Made by a program: the position numbers and the translations under genes
Assembly: GCA_024226255.1 (NCBI GenBank)
Contig: JAAELU010000141.1
Coordinates: forward strand, 23,093 to 87,092
Direction of reading: 5' to 3'
DNA length: 64,000 nucleotides
From: a bacterium
GTDB taxonomy: Bacteria > Actinomycetota > Acidimicrobiia > Spongiisociales > UBA5794
The notes under the pieces: model-generated
The model's input: only the letters and a program-made list of their open reading frames with translations
Told to the model about the DNA's origin: nothing
Databases searched by the model: none
Shown here: positions 54,029 through 63,413 of the stretch, piece by piece
How the letters are laid out: the number at the start of each line of letters is the position of its first letter
Position numbering within the stretch: position 1 is the first letter of the stretch

Positions 54029-55857
54029 GTTCTGATCTCCTCAATCGGAAGAGCCCGGCCGGCTCTGTTGGCAGCTGTTTTGAAGACGCTGAGGTCTGAG
54101 GGGGGTTGCAGACCTTCGACGCCAGCGTTCACACACTCGCTGTAGACACCATGCAGTTCCCGGAGTCGTTGGGCGACGTCGTTGTTGAACAGCTCCCGCA
54201 ACCGGTGGATCTCGCTGTTGATGTAAGGCGACCGTGTGTCCAACCAGCCCCGCATCTGCCGGGTCTTGCCCACCAGCACATGATGGAAGTCCTCGGGTTT
54301 CATGACTTCGGAGCCGAGCGACAGAACAATGCTGGTGACGCCCATCGCAACGGCCACGGGCCAAGAGATCGCCACGCCGGCCACGGTGAACAGCACACCG
54401 GAAACCGACAGCGCCGCGGCGCTGGTCTGCCCGCCGACGAACCACGATGACGGATCCCGGCCCTCCAGGTCGGCGATCGCCCGGTCGAAGCCGGCTTTCG
54501 TTGCTGCCAGGTCACCCTCTCGGTCCAACCATTTCTGCAGATCGGCGACAACATCCCACGCCACTCGTTCGGCGGCACGAACATCGGCCGGGTAGGTTGA
54601 ACATCCTTGGCTTGCTTCGCGCTGTTCCCTGATGTCCCGCCGCCGCGGCTCGACGATTCGCTCGGGAACTCGGCCGCCGCGTCCGGCACCTGCGCGGGCA
54701 GCCTGCCTGGCCGAGGCGAGTAGATTGCCGGCGTCTAGAGGGATCATCTCGGCACCACAGGCTGAGGCACGGCGGTTGTAGGCGCTGATCTTCCGGTTGA
54801 GCACCTCGAGCCGGGCCGCTCGCCGGTCGCTCAGTTGCCGGGAGAAGCTGTCCCATCGAGCCTGTTCTCCCTCGGCGGCGTCGATCCGAGCGATTCCTTC
54901 GCCGCGCGCCCGCAAGATGTGGCTGCGGCTGCGGTACCCGCCGACCGCGGCGCGGCTTCCATACGCGCTGTAAACGCCCCCAAGGACCCCGACGCCGCGC
55001 ATCGCCGTGCCGAACCTCGTGATCTTGCCACCAGCGCCCGCCGCAGCCGCCAGGTCGTCCGTCGTCTGGCCCGTGAGGCGGGCTCCCTGGATCATCTCGT
55101 CTGCCGACCCTGCGAGTGCCTCAGCCTCGCGTGCCAGCTTTGCAGCCTGGAACTCCGTCTCCAGGGCACCCTTGTACATCCGCGCCCACTTGTCGTAGCC
55201 GGGGTCGGTCATGGGAGGCGGCGAATCCAACAACCGACGCAACGTCTCTCCCGCCGCCTTGCGGCCCTCGGCGATCGCTCGAAGCGAGTCGGCACGCGCC
55301 GCCCGGGCGAATCCCTGCTGAGCTCGCGCCGCCGCAGCCGGCGAAAGCACACCGGTCGCCCGCGCCAGATTGGGTTCGCGGAACCTGTCGTAGGTAGCGG
55401 TTCCAATTCCGGTCAGGTCTCCGTGCGGTACCGAGGCGCCCGGAGTGGTCCCGCTCGTTGGATCTCCAAACGCGTTCTGGCCGGCACCGATCCATTCGTC
55501 GAGGTTGTTGGCCATTCGATTCGCTCCCTCGATGGTGCCTTGGAGCTCGGCCAGGTACGCAAACTCGTCGTGAACGGCATCGAGGAGTCCGTTGAGCGCC
55601 TCGAGGCACTCGGGCGAGAGTTCATTGCGCTGGCCGGTTGTAGGATCAACGGCCCCCGTGGGGCTCGACGGGATCAATCCGGTGGCGGCGGCAGCCGCAA
55701 TGATGGCCCCGGCGACGGCGGCCCCGCCGCCAACCGTCCAGGCGGTGTTCGAGCAATCGGTTGGGCTCGAGCAATCGTCGGCAACGGCCGCTCCAGTGCC
55801 GATAACCAAGAAAACGCCTACGAATGCCAGTAGCCACCAAACCCGGCGGGTCACCAC
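54019..55857 (-). CDS. large hypothetical membrane protein (612 aa) with an N-terminal signal-anchor and a second hydrophobic hairpin near the C-terminus
   Basis: GAGGGGAG RBS plus GTG 55857. TM WWLLAFVGVFLVIGTGAAVA; later ALSVSGVLFTVAGVAISWPVAVAMGVTSIVLSL. The 168-aa N-terminal extension in the track is rejected. Confidence 0.5.
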   Translation of the reverse strand: MVTRRVWWLLAFVGVFLVIGTGAAVADDCSSPTDCSNTAWTVGGGAAVAGAIIAAAAATGLIPSSPTGAVDPTTGQRNELSPECLEALNGLLDAVHDEFAYLAELQGTIEGANRMANNLDEWIGAGQNAFGDPTSGTTPGASVPHGDLTGIGTATYDRFREPNLARATGVLSPAAAARAQQGFARAARADSLRAIAEGRKAAGETLRRLLDSPPPMTDPGYDKWARMYKGALETEFQAAKLAREAEALAGSADEMIQGARLTGQTTDDLAAAAGAGGKITRFGTAMRGVGVLGGVYSAYGSRAAVGGYRSRSHILRARGEGIARIDAAEGEQARWDSFSRQLSDRRAARLEVLNRKISAYNRRASACGAEMIPLDAGNLLASARQAARAGAGRGGRVPERIVEPRRRDIREQREASQGCSTYPADVRAAERVAWDVVADLQKWLDREGDLAATKAGFDRAIADLEGRDPSSWFVGGQTSAAALSVSGVLFTVAGVAISWPVAVAMGVTSIVLSLGSEVMKPEDFHHVLVGKTRQMRGWLDTRSPYINSEIHRLRELFNNDVAQRLRELHGVYSECVNAGVEGLQPPSDLSVFKTAANRAGRALPIEEIRTWR

Positions 55858-56520
55858 AAACTCCCCTCGTAGCTCGGGCGGGTCAACCTTAGGGGTGAAC
55901 CACCCGGATCGGCCATGAGCCACTGCCGAGCGAGCAAACCCAGGACGATGCCGTAGAAGAGGTGGCCAACCAGCGAGACGGAGATGAACGCCACGTCGGT
56001 CTGGCTGATACCGGTGTAACGAGGGGTGACCATGATGGTGGCACTCTCGAGTACGAGCGCCCAGAGCACCGCCCATCGAGCCCGAGCAGCCCCGGCGATG
56101 AGAGCGAACATCACAGCGAACGACAGGCCGTTCCAGAAGTGATATCCCCATCCGGCGACGATGGCTGCCGTCTGATCTGGTGTTGTCGACAACATGAGGG
56201 CACCGAAGTTGGGATGAGCGCGGAAGGGATCGAACGATGCCGGAGTTGCCCACGCAACGACGAGCCGGCTGAGGTCGTAGACCGCAGTCCCTGCAGCGCC
56301 GGCCACGACTCCCACCCACATACGCCGGACCACGTCGCGGCGGTTGACCCGGTTGGCCCATGCCCCCATGGCGACGACGGCGACCGTTGCGGGCAGGGCG
56401 AAGAACGACAGCGTGAACGGCATCGCGATCACGTCGTACACATCCAGCAAGAGGGCGACGATGCCTGATGCGGCCCCTAGCGCCCCCAGGATCCTCAGCA
56501 GTCGGTCACTCGGGCGTGTA
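55851..56520 (-). CDS. hypothetical polytopic membrane protein (about 6 TM)
   Basis: Hydrophobic throughout (ILGALGAASGIVALLL, FTLSFFALPATVAVVAMGAW, AVLWALVLESATIMV, VAFISVSLVGHLFYGIVLGLL). The start is undetermined, as no ATG/GTG/TTG lies before the first TM. Confidence 0.4.
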
Positions 56521-56596
56521 GGAGGTGGCTCCTGGGGCGGAGCCGAACTCGTACTCCTGTGTCGCGAAGGAGGTGGCGAGTCCGGGCTTGGCCCGT

Positions 56597-57274
56597 TCAT
56601 CGGTCGAAGCGCGGCTCGGTGGCAGCGTCCGATGAGGCAGTGGAGGGCCGATGCGCCAATAGGAAGACAGCCACCGTCGACAATGCAGTACCGACGGGGA
56701 TCAGCAGTGTGCGGTCGGCGACCGGAGCCGGCGACGAGGTCTCGCCACCGAAGAACGCGATTAGGTCGAGGGGGGCCCCGTGAATGAACAAGAATGTGAT
56801 CAGCACCGGTGCCGCTACGACCAGCCCGAGTTGAACGGCGCGAGGAATCGTCTCCTCCCTCCACTCAAACCAGCTGCTGAGGGATTGTTCCAGTTGCTCA
56901 CGCCGGTTGGCGAGCACGAGGGCCGTAACGATCGGAACGGCCATCGTCGCCATAGCCATCGCCGAGGATTGGGTGCCGCTCCACCGAGCCATGTAGACGA
57001 CAGCCAGCGGAACGCCGACCGCGAGCGGCTTGCGATACTGGCTCGGAATCCCGGTTGCGTTGCCGAGCTTCGTAAGAACCGGGCCCACCACCCGGCGCAG
57101 CAGAATCGGCACCAAGCCCACTGCAACCCCGATGAGAGCAACCGCAGGTTCTCCCTTGAGCAGGAAGTCGAAGTAGCCGCCCAGAAGAACCAGCGCGACC
57201 AGTGGCCATGCGCCTCGGGCGTTCGCCTTGATCTCCTCGGGCGATACCTCGGCGGATGAGATCTCCCTACTCAT
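56597..57274 (-). CDS. hypothetical polytopic membrane protein
   Basis: 225 aa with 6 hydrophobic segments; the first gene of a minus-strand operon 57274-53234. Confidence 0.5.
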   Translation of the reverse strand: MSREISSAEVSPEEIKANARGAWPLVALVLLGGYFDFLLKGEPAVALIGVAVGLVPILLRRVVGPVLTKLGNATGIPSQYRKPLAVGVPLAVVYMARWSGTQSSAMAMATMAVPIVTALVLANRREQLEQSLSSWFEWREETIPRAVQLGLVVAAPVLITFLFIHGAPLDLIAFFGGETSSPAPVADRTLLIPVGTALSTVAVFLLAHRPSTASSDAATEPRFDR

Positions 57275-57466
57275 TTCGGCAGCCTACTTGACGAGTCGCC
57301 TGGATTCCTGGGTCGGCGGCGGGAGTGATTGCACTCGTGGCAACGTTTCCGGTGCGGTTCCGGCTCGCCACTCCCACTGCCGTGGCTTCGGGCATTCGCC
57401 AGATGGCCCGCCAGCGAGACCAGGGTCCCCGCCGCTACGATGCCGCCGCGCCTATTCGAGGATCTC

Positions 57467-59896
57467 ATGATTTCTGAGACACAGGTTGTAGTCATCGGTG
57501 GCGGTGTCGTCGGGTGTTCGATTCTGTACCACCTGACCAAAGCGGGATGGACCGACGTCGTCTTGCTCGAACGCAAGGAACTGACCGCCGGCTCGACCTG
57601 GCACGCCGCGGGCGGCATGCACACTCTGAACCACGATCCGGATGTGGCCAAGCTCCAGCAATACACCGTCGAGCTCTACAAGGACATCGAGAAGATCTCC
57701 GGCCAGGATTGCGGAATCCATCTCACCGGGGGACTCCTTCTTGCCGACACGGAGGAGCGGATGGACTGGCTGCGGATGGCCCACGCTCGTGGACGCTACC
57801 TCGGCATGGACACCGAGCTCATCTCGATAGCCGAAGCCAAGGAAATGTTCCCGCTGCTGGACGAGTCGTATTTTGTGGGGGCCATGTATGACGTTTACGA
57901 GGGTCACGTCGACCCGTCGGGCGTCACCCACGCCTACGCCAAAGCGGCGCAGAAGGCAGGGGCGACGATCTACAAGCAGACCATGGTCGAGGCGCTGTCG
58001 CAGCGAGCGGACAAGACCTGGGACGTGCGCACGAACCAGGGCGACATCCACACCGAACATGTGGTGAATGCCGGTGGATTGTGGGCCCGCGAGGTCGGCA
58101 GGATGGCCGGCCTGGAACTGCCAATCCTGGCTATGGAGCATATGTACCTGCTCACCGAACCGATGCAGGAGGTCGCCGACTTTCGCGCCTCCACCGGCAA
58201 GGAGCTTCCAGGAGTGATGGACTTCGGTGGTGAGCTGTATCTGCGCGAAGAGCAAGGCGGAATGCTCATGGGCACCTACGAACAAGCGGGTGTGCCCTGG
58301 TCTCCTCACCACACGCCTTGGAGTTTCGGCAGTGAACTACTCACCCCTGATATGGAGCGTATCGCCCCTTCACTCGAGGTCGGCTTCGCCCATTACCCCG
58401 CGTTCGAAGGCGCCGGGATCTCAAGAGTGATCAACGGCCCGTTCACATTCGCCCCCGATGGGAACCCTTGCATCGGTCCCGTCAAGGGACTCCCCAACTA
58501 CTGGGCGGCCGTCGGAATCATGGCGGGGCTGAGTCAGGGCGGCGGCGTCGGCCTGGCGCTGGCCAACTGGATCACCGAGGGCGATCCGGGCATGGACATC
58601 TGGGCGATGGACATCGCCCGTTTCGGTGACTGGGCCACCATGGCGTACACCAACGCCAAAGTGCGCGAGAACTACTCGCGGCGTTTCCGGATCACCTTCC
58701 CCAATGAGGAGTTGCCCGCGGGCCGGCCCTTGAACACAACTGCTCTCTATGACCGGCTGAGCGAGCACAACGCGGTGTGGGGCGCCTCATATGGCCTGGA
58801 ACATCCGCTTTGGTTCCAGGACCATGGCAAGGAACCAATCGAAGACGTCACGTTCCGCAGATCGAACCGGTTCAACCCGGTCGCGGCGGAGGTGAGGGCC
58901 GTTCGCGAGAGCGTCGGCCTCTCGGAGATCTCGGCCTTCGCCAAATATGATGTGACGGGTCCGGGTGCCGCCGACTGGCTAGGACGTGTTCTGGCCAACC
59001 GGGTTCCCGACGAGGGTCGGCTGAATCTCAACCCGATGCTCAACCACCGGGGCAAGCTCATCGGCGACTTCACCGTCGCCAACCTGGGAGGCGGTGACTT
59101 CCGAGTGTTCGGATCCGGCGTGGCAGAGACCACTCACATGAGATGGTTCCTCGAGAACCTCCCGGCCGATGGCAGTGTGCGGATAAGGGCACTGGGCCAG
59201 CAGTTGGCCGGAATCAGCATCGCCGGTCCCAACTCGCGAACACTGCTCGCCGATCTTGTGACTGAAGACGTCGGGGCCGAGTCGTTCCGCTTCATGGACA
59301 TCCGCAAGATGGATCTGGGAATGATCCCGGCGCTGGTGGGTCGACTCACCTACACCGGCGACCTCGGATATGAGATCTGGGTGGGTCCTGAGAACCTGCG
59401 CGGGCTTTTTGACCTCCTCATGGATGCAGGAGCGGTCTACGACATACGGCCCTTCGGGTTCAGGGCGCTCGACTCGATGCGATTCGACAAGAACTTCGGC
59501 TGTTGGGCGCTCGAATTCCGGCCTATATACGGTCCGGCAGAGGCGGGCCTGGATCGGTTTGTCAATCTGGCCAAAGGCCCTTTCATCGGACGAGAGGCTG
59601 TGCTCGCCGAGAAGGAGCAAGGTCCGGAGCGCCGCCTGGTGGCATTCGTTGTGGACGCGGATGATGCCGACGTCAGTGGTGACGAACCAATCTGGCACAA
59701 CAACGAGGTCGTCGGCTGGGTGACCTCGGGCGCCTACGCCCACTGGTCGGAGGCCTCGATGGCCCTCGGATATGTCCCGGCTGCTCTAGCCGGGGAGACC
59801 AGCGGCTTTGAGATCGAAGTGATCGGCAACCGGAGAGAATCCACCATCCAGCCCACCCCTCTCTTCGACCCCCAACGCCTCCGCATGAAGGGCTAG
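57467..59896 (+). CDS. dimethylglycine/sarcosine dehydrogenase family protein (FAD DAO domain plus GcvT aminomethyltransferase-like C-domain)
   Basis: MISETQVVVIGGGVVGCSILYHL FAD motif plus HAAGGMH; a C-terminal GCV_T fold (MRFDKNFGCWALEFRP, GREAVL). The track start at 57329 is rejected. Confidence 0.8.
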   Translation: MISETQVVVIGGGVVGCSILYHLTKAGWTDVVLLERKELTAGSTWHAAGGMHTLNHDPDVAKLQQYTVELYKDIEKISGQDCGIHLTGGLLLADTEERMDWLRMAHARGRYLGMDTELISIAEAKEMFPLLDESYFVGAMYDVYEGHVDPSGVTHAYAKAAQKAGATIYKQTMVEALSQRADKTWDVRTNQGDIHTEHVVNAGGLWAREVGRMAGLELPILAMEHMYLLTEPMQEVADFRASTGKELPGVMDFGGELYLREEQGGMLMGTYEQAGVPWSPHHTPWSFGSELLTPDMERIAPSLEVGFAHYPAFEGAGISRVINGPFTFAPDGNPCIGPVKGLPNYWAAVGIMAGLSQGGGVGLALANWITEGDPGMDIWAMDIARFGDWATMAYTNAKVRENYSRRFRITFPNEELPAGRPLNTTALYDRLSEHNAVWGASYGLEHPLWFQDHGKEPIEDVTFRRSNRFNPVAAEVRAVRESVGLSEISAFAKYDVTGPGAADWLGRVLANRVPDEGRLNLNPMLNHRGKLIGDFTVANLGGGDFRVFGSGVAETTHMRWFLENLPADGSVRIRALGQQLAGISIAGPNSRTLLADLVTEDVGAESFRFMDIRKMDLGMIPALVGRLTYTGDLGYEIWVGPENLRGLFDLLMDAGAVYDIRPFGFRALDSMRFDKNFGCWALEFRPIYGPAEAGLDRFVNLAKGPFIGREAVLAEKEQGPERRLVAFVVDADDADVSGDEPIWHNNEVVGWVTSGAYAHWSEASMALGYVPAALAGETSGFEIEVIGNRRESTIQPTPLFDPQRLRMKG

Positions 59897-60000
59897 CAAC
59901 GTATCAGTATCGCCGTCCTCGGAGGCATGGCACATGAAGACGAGATGTCGCAATCCCACCCTGCTGTGCCACCCAAGCTGGCCGCGGTCGACTCCGGCCC

Positions 60001-62328
60001 CTAGCGCGCCACCATCACAGTGAATTCTGCGAAGCCGGAGCCGGATGAGTTCTCGCGGCCTTCGAGGAGGAGCCGGACCGAACGGCCCGCGACTTTGGGC
60101 AGGACGAGGACGTCGGGATCGGGCGTGCCCGGGAGTTCGACGAACTCCTCGAATACGATCTCCCCGTCGGCGTCGATCACCTGGATCGTGACGGCCGCGA
60201 AGCCGTGGTTGGTACGGCGGCTGACTGTCGAGTTCTGAGCATTGGAGACCATGACTACCTCTCCGATGTAGTCGTCTTGGGTACCGGTCCACTGGAAGGT
60301 GGAGTAGGTCCCGTCGCCGCTCGATGAGATCCACGATGTTGTTATGTCGCCGTCAGTGGCCTTGCTGGCTGCGAACGAACCGCACAGGCGCGACGATGCA
60401 GTCACGGTGCCCTCATCGGTGGCGTCATGGTCGGCGACGACCACCGTGGTGGTAGTCGTGCTGGTCGTGGTGGAGGTGCTGGTGGTAGTCGGGGCGGTGG
60501 TGGTCGTAGTGGATGAGGTCGTGCTCGTCGTCGCGGCAGTTATGTCATCGGAGTCGGCCGAGGTGTCCGAGCCGATGGTCCTGACGAATGCCAGTCCAGT
60601 AGCGATGTCCTGCAACACGAACTGAGTGAGCGGCTCCTCGCACGGTTCGAGTTCGACTATGGCTGCCGGGTCGAAGGCGGGCCAGGCGATACCGACGAAC
60701 GTCGGGCTCGGCACCGGTACCGGTAGTGTGAGCGGACTGCCGGACGCGCACCGTACGCGGGGCTCTGCGGTCGCTCCTACCAGGACCGCGGTTCCCTGCT
60801 CTAGCAGAGCCTGCCGGGAAACCACGCGGCCGTTGTCGAGAACATGTGTGGTGACTCGCACGTCCCGGGTCAGGTGCATCGGCGTCAGGCCGGCGACGAA
60901 GGCGGCGATATCTTGGAGAGCGATGCCCTGCGCATCAGCCCAGACTTGCGAGAGCGCCGTGTCCCCATTCAGCTCGTCGAGGAGAATGCTGCTGTTGCAA
61001 CCGGCGCTCCCACGGTCGGCTGCATAGATCAGCTCATCCGAGCCCTTCACCAATGCTACCTCGGAGGCGCCCTCTGAGTGGAGGGTGGTTGTCGGGCCTT
61101 CCATCGCGTGGGTTTCTCCCATCGCCAGCAGGCTGGCCGTGAATACGTGCTCGATCGCGCCCGCCGCTTCCAGGTAGACGTTGTCGGAGGCAAAGGACAC
61201 AGCATCCTTCGAGCCCTGATTGGCAATCCACGCCGCGACGCCACCTACCAGAACGGCTACAAAAGCAGCACCACCGACGAATGCGGCAACCTTGTTGCGC
61301 GTGCCGCCGTTCTTCCCCCGGCTCTGCTGAATGGGCGTCGGTGAGGGTTGGGGCCTTTCCTCTGCCCTGACGGTGTCCGGGAGTGGTGGTTGTGGCGGTG
61401 GTGTTTCGCCGGTGGCGGCCACGGTGTCCTGGGGCGGTGGTTGAGGTGGTGGTTGTGGTTGGACTGGCGGTGTTTCGCCGGTGGCGGCCACAGTCTCCTG
61501 GAGTGGTGGTTGTGGTTCTGGTTCGACTGGTGGTGTTTCGCCGGTGGCGGCCACGGTGTCCGGAAGTTCATCGGCGGCGGCTGGGGGCGGCTGCGGCGCG
61601 GCCGCTTGCTCCATCCCAAGCGCATAGACCCAAGCACCAACCGCCCAGCGTGAGGCATCCTCGGCCAGCGCCCGGTTCTGTTGCAGGCGACGGACGAGAC
61701 GTTCTGTGAGCTCCGGGGTCAGCCCTTGCGACGATTGACGGAGGGCGGCACCGACCCCCTCCTCGGCACCTGCAAAGAGTGCCGCCACCTCGGCGCGGTG
61801 GTCTCCGGCGACGTCCCGCAGCAGAGCTCGCACCCGGCGGGGATCGTCGGTGAGCTCGGGACCGTATCGGTCGACCAGATCGCGCAGGGTTTCCCTCGTA
61901 GCCTGACGGGCATCCTCTCCGGCTTCCCCGTAGATCCGCAAGCGAATGATCTTTGCCAGCTCGACAACATGCTCCTCGGTTGTGAGGTAGGTGGCGTCGA
62001 GCCATTGGGCACTGCTGATGAAGTACTCGAGCGATGCCGACGGCTCGACGTGTTCGATGCGGAAGGGGATGATGTCAATGCCCCGGGACACAGCTCGCTC
62101 AACCTCGCGACTTACATGCGGCGACGCGTTCGAGAAGTTGGAAAACACCAGGACGAGGGCCTTGGCGCCTGAAATACCGGCCACGATCGCCTGGGCGTAG
62201 TCGGCCCCCGGCATGACATCGCGCGGCGCCACCCAGCAGGTGATTCCGCCTTGCTCGAGGCCGGCCACCACCGCATCGGCGATCGCTCGATCCTCCGAGG
62301 CATGGCAGACGAATATCTCACGCGCCAC
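60001..62328 (-). CDS. TIR-domain single-pass membrane protein (paralog of 45438-47330) with a different ectodomain: unknown domain, Thr-rich linker and a discoidin/F5-8-type-C-like C-terminal domain
   Basis: MAREIFVCHASEDRAIADAVVAGLEQGGITCWVAPRDVMPGADYAQAIVAGISGAKALVLVFSNFSNASPHVSREVERAV TIR_2 pattern. The middle helical region is homologous to the first TIR protein. PPQP repeats; TM VAAFVGGAAFVAVLVGGVAAWIA; TTSTTSSTTTTT linker; a C-terminal beta-sandwich-like region ...DGDITTSWISSSGDG... Confidence 0.75.
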   Translation of the reverse strand: MAREIFVCHASEDRAIADAVVAGLEQGGITCWVAPRDVMPGADYAQAIVAGISGAKALVLVFSNFSNASPHVSREVERAVSRGIDIIPFRIEHVEPSASLEYFISSAQWLDATYLTTEEHVVELAKIIRLRIYGEAGEDARQATRETLRDLVDRYGPELTDDPRRVRALLRDVAGDHRAEVAALFAGAEEGVGAALRQSSQGLTPELTERLVRRLQQNRALAEDASRWAVGAWVYALGMEQAAAPQPPPAAADELPDTVAATGETPPVEPEPQPPLQETVAATGETPPVQPQPPPQPPPQDTVAATGETPPPQPPLPDTVRAEERPQPSPTPIQQSRGKNGGTRNKVAAFVGGAAFVAVLVGGVAAWIANQGSKDAVSFASDNVYLEAAGAIEHVFTASLLAMGETHAMEGPTTTLHSEGASEVALVKGSDELIYAADRGSAGCNSSILLDELNGDTALSQVWADAQGIALQDIAAFVAGLTPMHLTRDVRVTTHVLDNGRVVSRQALLEQGTAVLVGATAEPRVRCASGSPLTLPVPVPSPTFVGIAWPAFDPAAIVELEPCEEPLTQFVLQDIATGLAFVRTIGSDTSADSDDITAATTSTTSSTTTTTAPTTTSTSTTTSTTTTTVVVADHDATDEGTVTASSRLCGSFAASKATDGDITTSWISSSGDGTYSTFQWTGTQDDYIGEVVMVSNAQNSTVSRRTNHGFAAVTIQVIDADGEIVFEEFVELPGTPDPDVLVLPKVAGRSVRLLLEGRENSSGSGFAEFTVMVAR

Positions 62329-62402
62329 GGGCTCTCCCGCCCTCTCGGTGACCCAACACTAGGCTTTCTGGCGGTCGAATGGCCGCAGAGCCTGGCTGTG
62401 CC

Positions 62403-63413
62403 TCAAGCTCGGGCACGCGAGACCCGCCAACCCGTGTGCTCCTCTGAAACGGCTGCCTCGGCAGTGTCCACAAACGTTGCCCACTCGTCCTCGTCCTCGA
62501 TCGGCTCCAGGATCGATTCCATTGCCAGGAGCTCGTGGGCAGTGTTCGCGTATGCACGGGCCTGCCGGTCGTATCGCCTGACCCCTGTCCACATCGTGAT
62601 CAATGCCGCCACGAAGCCGGCAACTCCGAGGATGTTGACACCGAAGGAGCCCAAGCCCTGGAGCAGGCCGAAGAGAATCGCCACCGCGCTGGCGAGCACG
62701 AACATCGCGTCCCAGAAACGAGCCAGGTGTTCGTTGGTACGGGCGCGGTCTGAGTACCACGATGCCTGATCGTCCACGCGGCCGGTTGCGTACGCCGCCT
62801 TACGCTGCTCTAGCCCGGTATGGCGTAACTGCCGCATCGCCGGTGTGATCTGGTAGTGAGCGCCACGGGTGGGGGGCGTATGCAGGCTGCCGAGTTCGGC
62901 GAGCAGCTCCCACAGGCGGGCGTTGAAGAGTTGATCCGCCTCCTTGTCGGTGCCTTCTTGCAGAGCGAACGGAACACCGCCTACGGAGTATCGCCACGAC
63001 AGACTCTTGACCGATTCGGCCGCCAGCCGCGCGTCGTACCACGATGCTTCCAGGCTGGACAGCCGTGAATAGACCCGCAACGCCGCGACGGCGAGGAAGG
63101 CTCCTACCCCCACAATGGCAATCTGGTCGACCCCGGTGGCGGCAGCCGCCGTACCTGAGGTGACGCCGATCAGCAGCAGGACGACCTGCGCCTTGATGAC
63201 GCCGAAGAACATGGTGCGTGAGCTGATCGATTCCTTGTCCGCGGCCTGGAAGAGGGCGGGCAAGTCGGAATGCTCCAGCACCATCTCATGGGCTCGTGTG
63301 GGATCCTCCAATCGAACCGTGCCTCCCGCCGCTTTCGTTCCCGTCCACGCTAGTGCTCCGATGGCGGCGGTCGTCGCGGAACTGCGTTTTGGGCTACCGG
63401 CGCTTGAGGACAT
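62403..63413 (-). CDS. tandem 2TM SLATT-like (SLATT_1 plus SLATT_3 / DUF4231-like) membrane protein
   Basis: Two repeats of a TM hairpin plus amphipathic helix with W..RY signatures: FFGVIKAQVVLLLIGV...IAIVGVGAFLAVAALRVYSRLSSLEASWYDARLAAESVKSLSWRY, then FWDAMFVLASAVAILFGLL...ILGVAGFVAALITMWTGVRRYDRQARAYANTAHEL. The start is uncertain (20-nt overlap with the cyclase gene). Confidence 0.5.
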   Translation of the reverse strand: MSSSAGSPKRSSATTAAIGALAWTGTKAAGGTVRLEDPTRAHEMVLEHSDLPALFQAADKESISSRTMFFGVIKAQVVLLLIGVTSGTAAAATGVDQIAIVGVGAFLAVAALRVYSRLSSLEASWYDARLAAESVKSLSWRYSVGGVPFALQEGTDKEADQLFNARLWELLAELGSLHTPPTRGAHYQITPAMRQLRHTGLEQRKAAYATGRVDDQASWYSDRARTNEHLARFWDAMFVLASAVAILFGLLQGLGSFGVNILGVAGFVAALITMWTGVRRYDRQARAYANTAHELLAMESILEPIEDEDEWATFVDTAEAAVSEEHTGWRVSRARA

